From Eledone cirrhosa (taxonomy: Eukaryota): DNA of 64,000 nt. Location of the stretch: positions 4,898,001-4,962,000 of the forward strand of contig OZ024759.1 in the NCBI GenBank assembly GCA_964016885.1. The letters are read 5' to 3'. A program made the translations under genes and the position numbers. Below the pieces are notes generated by a model. It had not been told where the DNA came from. It made no database searches and was given only the letters and a program-made list of their open reading frames with translations. Positions 25,401-39,673 of this stretch are shown here, one piece after another (within the stretch, counting starts at the first letter, position 1; every line of letters starts with the position of its first letter).

Positions 25401-27962
25401 GAATAGATATTTGCAAGCTTTCACTGAGCTACAAATTTCCACATTAATATGACAACGATATTTCATAATCAAATATGGATTGTATGGCACAACCCATTGA
25501 TTTGTAACCTGTCGACCGTTTACATTTTCGACCAAACCGCCATCGGCAGGCGACCGTCTTCTGTATGAGGGATGAGCATCCCCATCATTCCAGGAAGTGT
25601 TCGTGACAAAAGATTTCGGAAAGTGCTTACTGCATTGGCCATTTTTCATGCAAGGCGCTTTCCGATTTGCCACTCCGCATTGGTTGTGCACCATTGACTT
25701 TGCCACCAAGTTGCATAGTGCCTCATTCTCCGGCAGTTCAGCACACACAATGCTGTCGACATCCTCAGCACATCACAATTTGCTATGTCTATGTAAAATG
25801 ATCAGCAAATGTGCATGTGGCAATCCTCTTTTTTGGAATTCAATTACGTATGTAAAAGCAACTATACCTCCAAAGATTCCCTCTTTTTCCACATCATCCA
25901 TTATCTTTTTCAGATATCCTTTGAATACTCTTGCCACAATATCAGGACGGTCCTTTGGCTGTTGTCCTGGCAAAAGTGCATCCTTAATATCAGTCCATTC
26001 AGGATTGCATGTAACAGTTATAAACAAATCTGGCTTTCCAAACTTTCTGACAATAGCCATTGCATCCTGATAGCGAATGTTCATATATCTCGGGCCGCCG
26101 ATGAACGACGATGGCAAAATGATGCGTCGACCAATTTGCTTGTAATTGGCATCATCGGCTGTTATCGCATCCTGTATATTATTATACAATTCAGCTCTGA
26201 TATGTTGCTGATGTGTAGCTATATAATTTAGCCTTTGATTTTCGATCTTTGCGTATGCCATACAACAGTATTCCTGGAACAATCTGCTGGCTTGAAATAG
26301 CGCATTTCTCTGTTGATTCCTCTCGTTCAAATGGAACGCGTAAAAGTCGCGAATCGAATTATTGTGTCTATTACCACCTCCCTGTTGATGCTGATTCTCA
26401 TGATCATCTAAATGAACAGACATGTTCCATCCATTTTCACCTTTTGGGAATAAAAGAACATAATGCAATGGATGGTATGTCCTATTTGACTCATTGATAG
26501 TGTTGAGACCACCATCTCTGCGATTGAGGGCGATATCTCTCGATCCAGGCTTATCGTCCATCAACACAGCAACTTCACGAAATCCTTCGGGGGCATTATA
26601 TCGCCGTTCGTGTTGATTCCTTGGCACTGCGTCAGCCTTAATCACCAATGTTTGTTGCTGAACATTCTGCAGTTCAGCCACCAACATGAAATCCATAACA
26701 TAAGGATTACACTGTCTAAGCCATGATTGCAAATCATGGATCAAATCACTTAACCTTTGCCGTTCAAGTTCAGTTATATTTCCCGGCAACTTCATCCAAC
26801 CGATCCTGATATCCTCCTCCGATTCACTATAATCTGGATTGTTAACGTAAATTTGAGCGAATCAAGGCCTCTCTCCTGGGGTAACTTCTAAATTATCGAT
26901 ACAATGATACAAACGGCATTGAATGACGACATTCGGTTGCCATGCTCCACTCTCAAACATCTCACTAACTCTCTGCGATGCTAAAGCTAATAAATTGTTA
27001 ATTTGCCGCGAATATTTGCGCAGTAATCTACCTCGGTCTCATTGATCACCCCACATACTTAGTATTTTAAACTCCGGTGACTCCCCATCATCCGGCATTC
27101 GCAAAGGTTCTAGTTGAACTGCTCCTTTGTGACAGCACATTGTGGTCCACGTCTTTTCGTGCCACCAAAGCAATGCTCCACAATGTGGAGACCCTGGTCG
27201 TCCACCAATCTGACAGTGACACGGTTGCCATGATCCATTTTTAATATCATTCGTTCGCCTCTTTACTGGAATGAGGAGCACTTTGCGACACATTCCCTGA
27301 ACTTCTGTATTGCGCTGGCGCTGTTCAGCCAGCTCCTCTTCATCCACCGGAGCACGCCATTGCTGCTGAATTCTGGCCACCTGCTGATGATGCTCAGCCA
27401 GTTCGTTTTTCAACCATCGCAGCACTCCGTCGCCGCTGTAGTTCACTGTTTGATAAAGTCGAATTGCTTTTCTTATCAGTATTCATTTGGAGCAATTGTA
27501 AAAAAAAATGACACAATAATAAATATAAAAGATGTCCGTCAATGTAAAGAAATGTCCCTATTTACTCCCTTCACAACTCTGTGTATGACAGACAGGCACA
27601 CAGACAGATAAACTGCGCGGCGATTGTGGAACGTCACACGCATACACGCATGGAAACGCGCACACGCACACAAACTTACACACGCACACACTCACACATG
27701 TTGATAGTTTTTACTTTCTGTGGAACACTGCACGCACGCACACACACATAAACATACGCGCACATACATACACACGCATACATGTTAATAGTTATTGAAC
27801 ACAGTGTTCACACTCTCCCCTCTCACTCCCTCATTGGCATTATGCATATTAATTTCAGTTTGGCGTCGTTGGGGTGGGCGGAGTCCTTTGAAACCTATGA
27901 ACCAATGATAATCGAGAATTGTGACACACGAAATACTGACGTTCTTCAAATTAATAAATAGA
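22480..27962 (-). mobile_element. Near-complete autonomous-type Helitron
   Basis: A|TC 5' terminus (TCTATTTATTAA) at 27962 and an internal RepHel coding region. No 3' hairpin of its own was seen. Confidence 0.9.
23034..27446 (-). pseudogene. Helitron RepHel (HUH endonuclease plus PIF1-family helicase), split by a few frameshifts and stops
   Basis: Rep motifs PDLFITVTCNPEW, IEFQKRGLPHAHLLI and KYLFKYVYKG. Helicase motifs PGGTGKT, IWDEAPM, GGDFRQVLP, NKAQGQT and HGQLYVAASR. N-terminal Cys-rich PHCGALLW..MCCHKG. Confidence 0.95.
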
Positions 27963-28753
27963 TATATATATATCATCATCATCATCATCATCATCATTTT
28001 ACGTCCGCTTTTCTCTGCTTGCAAGCCATGTGCCTCTTCCTATATATACATATATACTATATACATATACACACATATACATATATATATATGTATATAT
28101 ATATATGTATATATATATACGTAATTAATACATGCATACATTTATTTTTTTAAAATTAATTGAGTTCTTAACACGCAGGATTAAAATTGTTTTTAAAAAA
28201 ACTAATTAACCCACGTGTATATTATTTTACTTTCTTGTGTTTCGCGATTGCCTCCCTTTTCCGCTTCGTGACGCTGTGAAATTCCTCAGTCTAGGACTGC
28301 TGGAATTTCAAATTTGGCGGTCATTATGATGCGTGAAGGGACGACTTAGCTGACACGAAAAATAACTGCAGTAAGAAATGTTTTCTTATATCAATGTTTG
28401 AAGGGCATCCACTGATGATTTATAAGTGCCCACCTGCATATGTTCTTACAGAAAAATATGTAGGCTTCTACATAAACCGGAAACATTCTCCCAACTTGTA
28501 GAAAACTTATAATGAAACAATTGTTTGGAAAGAGAGATATATTTTAATTTTAATTATATCTCATATAAAATAATACAACTGGTTTTCCACAAAATACATA
28601 TAGTTAGCACCCCAAACACAAAATTGGGATTATACTAAGGTATATCCTAATGTTTGTTGAGTGAGATGGTAGTCAGTCAGAGTTTAGCTTAAAGCTTTCT
28701 CTGTTATTGTATTAAATATATGTATATATATATATATATATGTATCTATATAT

Positions 28754-31720
28754 ATCACCTTGACCGACCAGTCTGTCGGGCGTCCATTCGACGCCGCTGG
28801 TCACAGCACGCCGTCCATTCCTCTCCGTATTGTGCTTTCCTCATCCATGTAGTCCCAATCATATTCCTAAAATTATCTGCCACCTTCATGGAGGCCTTCC
28901 GAGTGGTCGCTTCCACTCGCACGGGTACCACTCCGCAACTGCGCAGGTCCAGTGATTATCGGTGAACCGGGCGACGTGTCCAGCCCATCTGAACTTGCTG
29001 CGTATATATTGCGCGATGACGTCCCTCACACCGGACTTCTGTCTAATGACTTCGCTCCTGATGTGCTCTCTCAACAAGATTCCTAGCATTGATCTCTCCA
29101 TGGCTCTTTGAGCCGTTACCAGCCTCTGCTCTTCTCTCTTCGTTGTAGCCCAAGATTCACTGCCATATAACATTGCAGGTAAAACTGTGCTATTGAAGGG
29201 GTTGGCGTGGGTGGTCTTGTCCAACCTCCCCTTGAGCACATCCCTTATGCCGCTGAACGCCTTCCATCCCTTACTCTCTGCGAGATCAGCCTCTCAATGT
29301 ATTGGCGCATGTTCACTTCTTGTCCTAGGTAGACGTATTCCTCCACCTCCTCTATTTCATCACCACCAACCACCATTCGACCTGTTGGTACGTTGTCGGA
29401 CCGCATGAAGTTCGTTTTCATGCTGTTCATCTTGAGGCCTACTGCAGAGCTTTTGATGTCGAGCTCCGTCAACATGGTCTGAAGCCGATCCGTGGTTTCA
29501 GCGATGAGTACGATGTCATCAGCGAAACGGAGGTGGGTAAGTATCTCCCCATTGATGGTGACACCGCCTTGCCAGTCAATGCCTCTGATGATCTGCTCGA
29601 GACACGCGGTGAAAACTTTTGGAGAGATCGTATCTCCTTGCTTCACTCCCTTCTCGACCGGCACTCGTACGGGTGATGACAGCAGAGCTGTGTCGGTGGT
29701 GCATCCGGAATTCGCCTCCTTGAGCAGTTGAACGTATTCTGCCTCGACTCCTTGCCTCTGCAGCGAGTTCAGCACTGCGTTGATTTCGACGCTGTCGAAG
29801 GCCTTCTTGTAGTCTACGAACGCGACGCAAAGAGGCATCTTGTACTCTTTTGCTTGCTCAAGCAGTTGTGTCAGAGTAAATATGTGGTCCATCGTGCTGT
29901 AGTTCTTCCGGAAGCCGGCTTGCTCTTTCGGTTGCGGTTCGTCCAGATGATGTGATAACCTGTTCAGGATTATCTTCGTGAACAGCTTGTACACGTGAGA
30001 CAGCAGGAATATGGGTCAGTAGTTCTTCAGATCTTGTCTATCGCCCTTCTTTTATAGCAGGATGGTATTCGACTCTTTCCACTGCGAGGGTATTCTTCCC
30101 TCGTCCAGATCGTGTGTGAATCGCTCGGCGAGGATTTTCCAGAGCTGTTCTCCGCCTGACTTCAACACCTCCGATGTTATTCCGTCTTTCCCTGGCGCCT
30201 TTCCGCTTTTCATTACACCGACGGCTCTTTCCACCTCACCGACAAGGATGGGTGGCACATTTTCTTCCTGTTGGAGTGACGGCAACGGCTGCACATTCCC
30301 GGCAGACTTGAAGAGCTTGGTGTAGAAGTCTTCGTAAATCTTTTCCATCTCATTCTTGTCGCTGACCGGTACTCCAGCTGTGTTCTTCAGGGTCGTCACC
30401 TCCGATCTGTACATTGCCATGTCCGTCTCGCATTTCTTGAGGCTCTTCTTTTCCTCTGCGGCCTTCAGGAGCTTCCCCATCCGGTATGCCTCGAAGTCTC
30501 TCTTCAGTTGCCGTATCACTCTGCTGAGAAGGGAATATTCGAGGTGATTTTCAGGTGTCCTCTTCATAATCTTCCTCTTCTCAAGCAACTTCATAGTTTC
30601 CTCCCAGACTCTTCCCTTCCGCTCCTTCGGGCACACACCCTTAGCCTTCCTCAAGCACTCCTTCAGTTTCCTTATCAGTGAGTCGTAGTCAGCGTCTATG
30701 CCGTCTCCTTTACACCACTTTTCCTGCATGATGGCTTCCTGCTGCTGCGCCTCGTTGAAGACCCAGACGCGTTCTCCCTTCGACACCAAATGCAGCGCCT
30801 TCTTCTCCCTCGTCCGATCGATGACGACCTTCGGCCTCACCAGACGATGATCACTGCCAGTGTTAAATGGCGTTATGACGGAGACGTCCTGCAGTATACG
30901 TCGCTTGTCGACCAGGATGTAGTCGATCTCGTTTCCGTGCTCAGAATTTAGCGATACCCAGGTCCATCTTTTCTCCTCCTTCTTCCTGAATAGGCTGTTT
31001 CCGATGTAGAGCCGTCTCATCTCCGCCATGGTGACCAGACACTCTCCTCTCTCATTTCGATCTCCTAGGCCGAATTTTCCTACATACTCTTCCCCTTGCC
31101 GTCCCTGTCCGACCTTTGCGTTGAAGTCCCCCATCACGACGGTGTAAGTGGACTTCACAGCTAGCACTTTGTCTAGCTGGCGATAGAATTCTTCCACTTC
31201 CTCGTCGTCGCGTAGGTCTGGATGATCTTGAGGGTGGCCTTCCCTGAGAGGTTTATGTTCAGTACACCAATCCGTGACGATATGAACTGGCAAGAAGTGA
31301 CCTTCGAAGCCCATTCCTTGCTTACGATAAACCCTATACCAATCTGGCATCCTCTGCTTTCCCGAGTCTCACGGCGCATCCATCTTGCCATCGGGAATTC
31401 GCCTCCTTCTTCTGGCGGGTCTTGCACAGCCCTAACACGTCCCACCTGATCTTCTTCTTCTCCTCCATTAGGTGGTTCAGTCCTTGCCCCCTGCCAAAGA
31501 CCTGCAGTTGTATGTGCATATGGCAAGGTTAGTCCTGTTCCATGGCGGCCTTCGGGAACCTGCGATTCTTAGCAGCCTCTCGTCGCTCGGGTCGCACTCC
31601 GCCGTCATGGAGCAGCCCGATTGACTCGCAGGGTACTGAGGCCCTTTTCTTCGTGCTGTTTTAACCATAAGATGACGCCATCCCATTGGCTGGGCGGGCA
31701 GGCCGGTACCTCTTCAGTTT
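28754..31720 (-). mobile_element. Near full-length GC-rich RTE-clade LINE (APE endonuclease plus RT), frameshifted
   Basis: ICTYNCRSL, VMGDFNAKVG, NEIDYIL, GSDHRLV, QAGFRKNYSTMDHIF, FVDYKKAFDS, GVKQGDTISPK, LRFADDIV, RWAGHVAR and KRPLGRPP. Lies between TA microsatellites. Confidence 0.95.
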
Positions 31721-31804
31721 AGCTAGCTTTTGAACTCTAGAAGATGATGAATCATCTCTAGGACCCAATTCGGGTCAAACAAATAAAAAAAAATATATAT
31801 ATAC

Positions 31805-31839
<35 letters not shown>

Positions 31840-31841
31840 CA

Positions 31842-31979
31842 TATACTTGGGGAGGTTCATATTGTTGTAATAATATTGCCAGAAATAATAACAGAACACA
31901 CTCACTGTTTGGTTGGTTTTCGCTTCTGTATCTTTTATATCTCCATAGTTAATTTATTTGGCAATCAAAGAACTTTGTT

Positions 31980-32025
<46 letters not shown>

Positions 32026-32151
32026 ACCATTGGTCAATCAATGCCAAATAAATTAACTATGGAGATATAAAAGATACAGAAGCGAAAACCAACCAAACAG
32101 TGTTATTATTTCTGGCAATATTATTACAACAATATGAACCTCCCCAAGTAT
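31842..32151. repeat. Inverted repeat with ~110-bp arms around a (TA)n spacer
   Basis: 31842-31963 is the reverse complement of 32042-32151 apart from one indel of about 12 bp. Confidence 0.9.
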
Positions 32152-32222
<71 letters not shown>

Positions 32223-33001
32223 TATATACACACACACATATATATATACACACACACATATATATACACACACATATATATACACACACATATATATATA
32301 CACACATATATATATATACATATATATATATACACATCATCATCATCATTCTACGTCCACTTTTCCCTGCTTGCAAGGGTGGGATGGGAACTGATCCTGG
32401 CTTGATTTCTACAGCTGGATGCCCTTCCTAACACCAACCTCATTTACAGTGAGTGCTGGGTGCTTTTTTTGCCGTGGCACCTCCACGACCACTTTACAGT
32501 GGAATGATAGGGACCCCAGTCCCTATCATCTCATTTCTACAGCTGAGTAAACTGGAGCAATGTGAAATAAAGTGTCTTGCTCAAGGAAACAACGCATCAC
32601 GTGGTCTGAGAATTGAACTCACAACCTTTCGATTGCAAGGCCAATGCTCTAACTACTAAGCCATGTGCCTCCATTCATATATATATACATATATATATAT
32701 ACACACACATATATATCTAAGTCTAAAGTCTGTCTTAAGCCAGCAGGCTCATTTGGCCGGTGCTTATACCGGTTTCATGGCGTGAAGTGAGTGGGAGTAC
32801 AAGACTACCCCCTGGACAGGATGCCAGTCCATCGCAGGGTTAAACCTCCAGCTATTGCTGGTACACATTTTCAGCTGAGTAAACTGGAGCAACGTGAAAT
32901 AAAGTGTCTTTCTCAAGGAAACAACACATCACCCGGTCCAAGAATGGAACTCACACCTTTCGATTGAAAGCCTAATGCTCTAACCACTAAGCCATGTGCC
33001 T

Positions 33002-34085
<1,084 letters not shown>

Positions 34086-34253
34086 TATGTATATACATAT
34101 ATATATATATACACACACACACACAATTATATAGAACAATAAAATATGGCACCAGATGTTCAACCCAAGACCTTATGATTGAGAACAGCACACCTGTAAC
34201 CTCTAAGCTATATATCTTCACACAGACTTTCTGATAAAGACAGAAGTACCCAC

Positions 34254-34391
34254 CTGACTGACAGTTGTCTCCCCTGAAACCAGCTGCACATCCAACACTA
34301 GAACACACCCCAGATTTAATGTCGCAATGATCGTTGTCAGCACAGTGGCACAAATACTGACAGTTCAAGCCAAAATAACCCTTTTTACATT
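34254..34391 (-). CDS. Multiple-EGF-repeat protein (MEGF10/11/SREC-like), exon 11 of 11 intact in window
   Basis: 138 bp, AG/GT, phase 1: ECKKGYFGLNCQYLCHCADNDHCDIKSGVCSSVGCAAGFRGDNCQS. Confidence 0.9.
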
Positions 34392-34871
34392 CTGAAAAAA
34401 AAAAAAAAAGAAAATAGAATTATATACACAACATATATATAAAATTATACACAATAACACATATATACAATTATACACAGCTATAACATACATATACACA
34501 ATTATACATAACTATAATGCCAATGTGCGTGAATGACCAAGCATAGACGAGTTGAGAAAGAAACTGGGTATAAGAGGGATAAGTTGTGGTGTGTAGGAGA
34601 GAAGGCTGAGCTGAGATGGTATGGACATGTGATGCGCATGGAGGATGACCGCTGGGTAAAGAAGTGCCAAGAAATCCCAGTAGAAGGAAGACGCAGTAGA
34701 GGTAGACCATGAAAAACATGGGCGGAGGTGGTGAGAGAAGACCTCAAATTGCTGAAACTCACGGAGGAGATGACAAGGGACCGTGACGAATGAAGAGATG
34801 CCATGCTTAATAAGACCCGTCCCACCCTTGCAAGCAGGGAAAAGCGGACGTAAAATGATGATGATGATGAT

Positions 34872-35350
34872 AATAATAAAATTATTGTGTACAGTGCTCA
34901 GGTGCACTACAACTCATCAATGGTGAATGTATAGTACATTAGTGAACAGACAGTGAACAGTGTATGAGTCATGAGATACACACAGACACATGCATGCGTG
35001 TGTATGGAGGGGGAATATCAGGTGTAGTGTTGGCGAAAAAAAAAAATAAAAGGAAATGCTTACAGCACCTAGGTTTCTCAAGTGGTTTCCCATCTAAGTA
35101 CTAACTAGGCTCGAGTCAAGATATATGTGTGTGTGTGTATGTATGTATGGAGGGGGAATATTAGGTGCAGGGTTGGCGAATTTCAGGCAACATGGAGGTT
35201 TTAAAGGATGCAGTGTCCCGGCAGCTAACAACTGATGCAGGTAGTTTGTTCCATGCTTCAGTGAATTTCAGGAAGCATGGAGGTTTTAAAGGATGCAGTG
35301 TCCTGGCAGCACACAACTGATGCGGGTAGTTTGTTCCATACTTCAGCAAA
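34872..35350 (-). mobile_element. CR1-like LINE 3' fragments
   Basis: EAWNKLPASVVSCRDTASFKTSMLPEIRQ. Also at about 41350-41620(+), 59910-60040(+) and 61025-61205(-). Confidence 0.7.
35054..35114 (-). pseudogene. 5S rRNA 3'-half fragment
   Basis: Minus strand TCGAGCCTAGTTAGTACTTAGATGGGAAACCACTTGAGAAACCTAGGTGCTGTAAGCATTT resembles the metazoan 5S 3' half and is followed by a T-run. Confidence 0.8.
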
Positions 35351-35917
35351 TTTTTATATATATTGATTGACCAACAGTTAAAAAATATAAATATAAATAT
35401 AGTTTCTCAGAGTTTTTTCATCACATATCTGTGACATCATCAGTGATATTTCTATGCTTGTCATATTCCTGTGATGTTTTCTTATTCTATTTTATTTATT
35501 TGCAGTAGTTCCAACGTAAAAGACTTTCATAATAGTTGATCACTATAAATAACAGTTAGGAAAACCAGATAAAGTACATGTGGAGATAGAAAGAAGTAGA
35601 CGGAGGGTCCTGTAAGGAACAGGTGCAAGTTTGCTTCCTTGCAAATACTTCTGTCTACATCTACCTTTCTCCTGAGATACTTTACTACCCACATTAACCT
35701 GTCACCTGTGGTCCATTACTGTCTACCAGGAATAATAATTGTTTCTACTTTAGGCACAAGGTCAGAAATTATCCAAGTGTATTACTGGTACTTTATTTTA
35801 TCGACCCCGTAAGGATGAAAGGCAAAGTTAACTTCGGTGGGATTTGAACTCAGATTGTAAAGGGACATAACTATGCTGGAAAGCACGGCATCCGACTCTC
35901 TACCGATACTGCCATAA

Positions 35918-36813
35918 TACAGTTATACTAGTTAGAAGTAGAAATAAAAGACTATTAAACATATGTAGTCATTAATAATATAGTTATACTAGTTAGTAGT
36001 AAAAGTAAAAGAGTAATACACCTATGTAGCCATTAATAATATAGTTATACTAGTTAGTAGTAAAAGTAAAAGAGTAATAAACCTATGTAGTCATTAATAA
36101 TATAGTTATACTAGTTAGTAGTAAAAGTAAAAGAGTAATAAACCTATGTAGTCATTAATAATATAGTTATACTAGTTAGTAGTAAAAGTAATAGAGTAAT
36201 AAACCTATGTAGTCATTAATAATATAGTTATACTAGTTAGTAGTAAAAGTAAAAGAGTATTAAACATATGTAGTCATTAATAATATAGTTATACTAGTTA
36301 GTAGTAAAAGTAAAAGAGTATTAAACATATGTAGTCATTAATAATATAGTTATACTAGTTAGTAGTAAAAGTGAAAGAGTAATACACCTATGTAGTCATT
36401 AATAATTTAGTTATACTAGTTAGTAGTAAAAGTGAAAGAGTAATACACCTATGTAGCCATTAATAATATAGTTATACTAGTTAGTAGTAAAAGTAAAAGA
36501 GTAATAAACCTATGTAGACATTAATAATATAGTTATACTAGTTAGTAGTAAACGTAAAAGAGTAATAAACATATGTAGACATTAATAATATAGTTATACT
36601 AGTAAGTAGTAAAAGTAAAAGAGTAATAAACCTATGTAGACATTAATAATATAGTTATACTAGTTAGTAGTAAACGTAAAAGAGTAATAAACATATGTAG
36701 ACATTAATAATATAGTTATACTAGTTAGTAGTAAAAGTAAAAGAGTAATAAACATATGTAGACATTAATAATATAGTTATACTAGTTAGTAGTAAACGTA
36801 AAAGAGTATTAAA
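35918..36813. repeat. 61-bp AT-rich minisatellite, about 14 copies, abutting an exon donor
   Basis: Unit TATAGTTATACTAGTTAGTAGTAAAAGTAAAAGAGTAATAAACCTATGTAGTCATTAATAA. Confidence 0.95.
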
Positions 36814-36818
36814 CCAAC

Positions 36819-36956
36819 CAGTTTGACAATCAGTTCCTATATAGCCTGGTTCACAGTTGCCCTCTTCACAAACACCATTGGTTCTGTTGCAGTATTTACT
36901 TTCTTCACAATGACAAACCTTTTGACAGTTAGACCCAAAAGTATTGCTTGGACAGA
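36819..36956 (-). CDS. EGF-repeat gene exon 10 (absent from the ORF track)
   Basis: 138 bp: FCPSNTFGSNCQKVCHCEESKYCNRTNGVCEEGNCEPGYIGTDCQT; acceptor TTTCATCCAG, donor GTTGGT. Confidence 0.9.
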
Positions 36957-37190
36957 CTGGATGAAATAAAGGATCAAACAGAAATTTAGTAAATTTAACC
37001 CTTTAGCATTTACATTACTTTATATATATATACTATTGTATTTTTACAGTAAACACTTTATCACATATTATGGAGTCTAGGAGATTTTGATGATGATATT
37101 ATTTATTTTGAGAAGAATACCTTAATGTCAGTATTGGTGACCGGTTATTGAAAGAAGTCAATATATAACCCTTTAGCATTTACATTACTC

Positions 37191-39673
37191 ATAGACATTC
37201 AATGTAGAAGAGAACTGGGAGTTCCTAAAAAATAACTTACTAGAGGCGACGGATGAGGTCTGTGGCTGGAGTAAGACCTCAAGCAGGAGGAGAGTGACTT
37301 GGTGGTGGAACAATAAGGTATATGAGGCAGTTAAGGCCAAGAGACAGGCATGGAAAGAATGGAAGAACGGGGGGAGCAGGGTAAATTACATAGAGAACAA
37401 GAGGGAAGCTAGGCGACAAGTATACTTAGCTAGGAGGGAAGCAGAGGATAGAAAATTCAAGCATGTTTTGCAATGTAAGGACCAGAAACAGGAGGTGTTC
37501 AAGATTGCGAGGCAGTGTGTCAGAGAGAATTGTGATGTCATTGGAGAGAAGTGTATCCGGAATGATAAAGGTGAGCTTGCCCTCACAAGTGCTGAGAAGA
37601 AAGATGCATGGAAGAGTCATTATGATAGATTACTAAATGAGGAGAATGCATGAGAAGAAGAGACCCTACCCCAAGTAGACCCTATAGAGGGGCCAGCAGT
37701 ACAAGTCAGCAGCAGCGTAGTAAGTAAGGCAATCAAAGATATGAAGATGGGGAAGGCAACCGGTCCATCGGGTATAGCTGCTGAGATGCTGAAGGCATCT
37801 GGGTCTGTAGGTCACACTATAACCACACGTATTGTTAACCAGGTAATACTAGAAGGTGTCATACCAAAAGATTGGTGCAGTAGCATTATTGTCAACTGCT
37901 ACAAAGGTAAAGGTGATGCACTAGATAGAGGAAACTATAGAGGTATAAAGCTGATGGACCAGGTCATGAAAGTAACAGAAAGAGTTATAGCACAGTTGAT
38001 TAGGGACCGGGTGAAACTAGATGAGATGCAATTTGGGTTTGTACCAGGAAGAGGCACCACTGATGCCCTCTTCCTTGTGAGGCAGTACAGGAAAAGTACC
38101 TAGCTAAAAGCAAGCCACTCTACCTGCCATTTGTCGATCTCGAGAAAGCCTTTGACAGAGTTCCACGTGCTGTAATCTGATGGGCTCTTAGAAAACTAGG
38201 AGTAGATGAATGGCTTGTGAAAGCGGTACAAGCCATGTATAGGGGAGCAGTCAGCAAAGTTAGGATTAGCAATGAGTATAGCGAGGAATTTAGCGTACAG
38301 GTTGGGGTCCACCAGGGCTCTGTTCTTAGCCCCCTCCTGTTCATCATAGTCATGCAGGCAATAACGGAGGAGTTTAAGACCGGATGCCCATGGGAACTCC
38401 TGTATGCTGATGACCTCGCACTTATAGCTGAATCTATGGTAGAGCTAGAGAAGAAATTCCAAACTTGGAAGCAGGGACTAGAAAGAAAGGGTCTCAAAGT
38501 CAACATGATAAAGACTCAGGTCCTTTTAAGTAGACGAGAAAACAGAACCCAGATCCCCTCAGGGAAATGGCCTTGCTCAGTATGTAGGAAAGGTGTAGGT
38601 AGGAACTCCATTCCCTGCCCCAAATGCAAACAATGGGTACACAAGAGATGTAGCGGGATCTCAGGAAGCTTAATTAAGAATGTAGGCTTCACATGCAGCA
38701 GCTGTGCTGGGACAGCACGCAGCAAAAAGCCACAGGAAACAAGTACCACCAATCTCTCGGAGGGCTCTGTAGAAAGAGTAGACCGCTTCTGCTACCTAGG
38801 TGACCGAATTAGCAGCGGAGGTGGGTGTTCAGAAAGTACAATAACTAGGGTAAGAACGGGATGGAAGAAGCTTAGGGAACTACTACCACTACTAGCTGCA
38901 AAAGGCTTTTCCCTCAAAATGAAAGGCAGACTGTATGATGCGTGTATCCGAACAGCAATGTTGCATGGTAGTGAGACCTGGGCGCTGAAGGTGGAAGACT
39001 TATGTAGATTAGAGAGAAACGAAGCCTTCATGCTCCGATGGATGTGTAACAGTAATATACGCGAACGACAAAGCATAAATGAATTGAGAGAGAGACTGAG
39101 CATAAGAGGAATCAAATGCTGTGTGCAGGAGAGGCAGTTGCGTTGGTATGGACATGTGATGCGTATGAAGGATGACAGCTGCATAAAAAGGTGCAGAGCA
39201 CTAGAAGTCGATGGAAACCGCGGAGTGGGGAGACCCAAGATGACCTGGGATGAGGTGATAAAAACCGACCTTACCCAATTCCACCTCTCAAAGGCGATGA
39301 CACATGACCGTGACCTCTGGCGTCTCGCAGAAATACAGAGTACCCGACCTCCCATGGGTACAAGCTGATGCATATAGACAATAAGCCCCCACACCCCCCA
39401 CTTCAAGGTGGTCGTGGAGGTGCCACGGCAAAAAGCACCCAGCCCACACTGTAAAGTGGACGTGTAGGCAACACGAAAAAGCACCCAGCACTCACTGTAA
39501 ATGAGGTTGGTGTTAGGAAGGGCATCCAGCTGTAGAAATCAAGCCAAATCAGTTCCTGTATGAGCAAAGCATAGTCAGCCGACCAGACACTGCCCACAAC
39601 AGGACAACCCGTCTAACCCATGCTAGCGTGGAAGAACGGACGTAAAACGGTGATGATGATGATGATGATGATG
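37191..39673 (+). mobile_element. 5'-truncated RTE LINE inserted in a piggyBac-type MITE
   Basis: RT motifs GVHQGSVLSP and LYADDL, a Cys-rich insert CSVC..CPKC..HKRC..CSSC, a (GAT)n tail, and ACTC duplicated at 37187-37190 and 39674-39677. The MITE halves rejoin across it. Confidence 0.95.
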
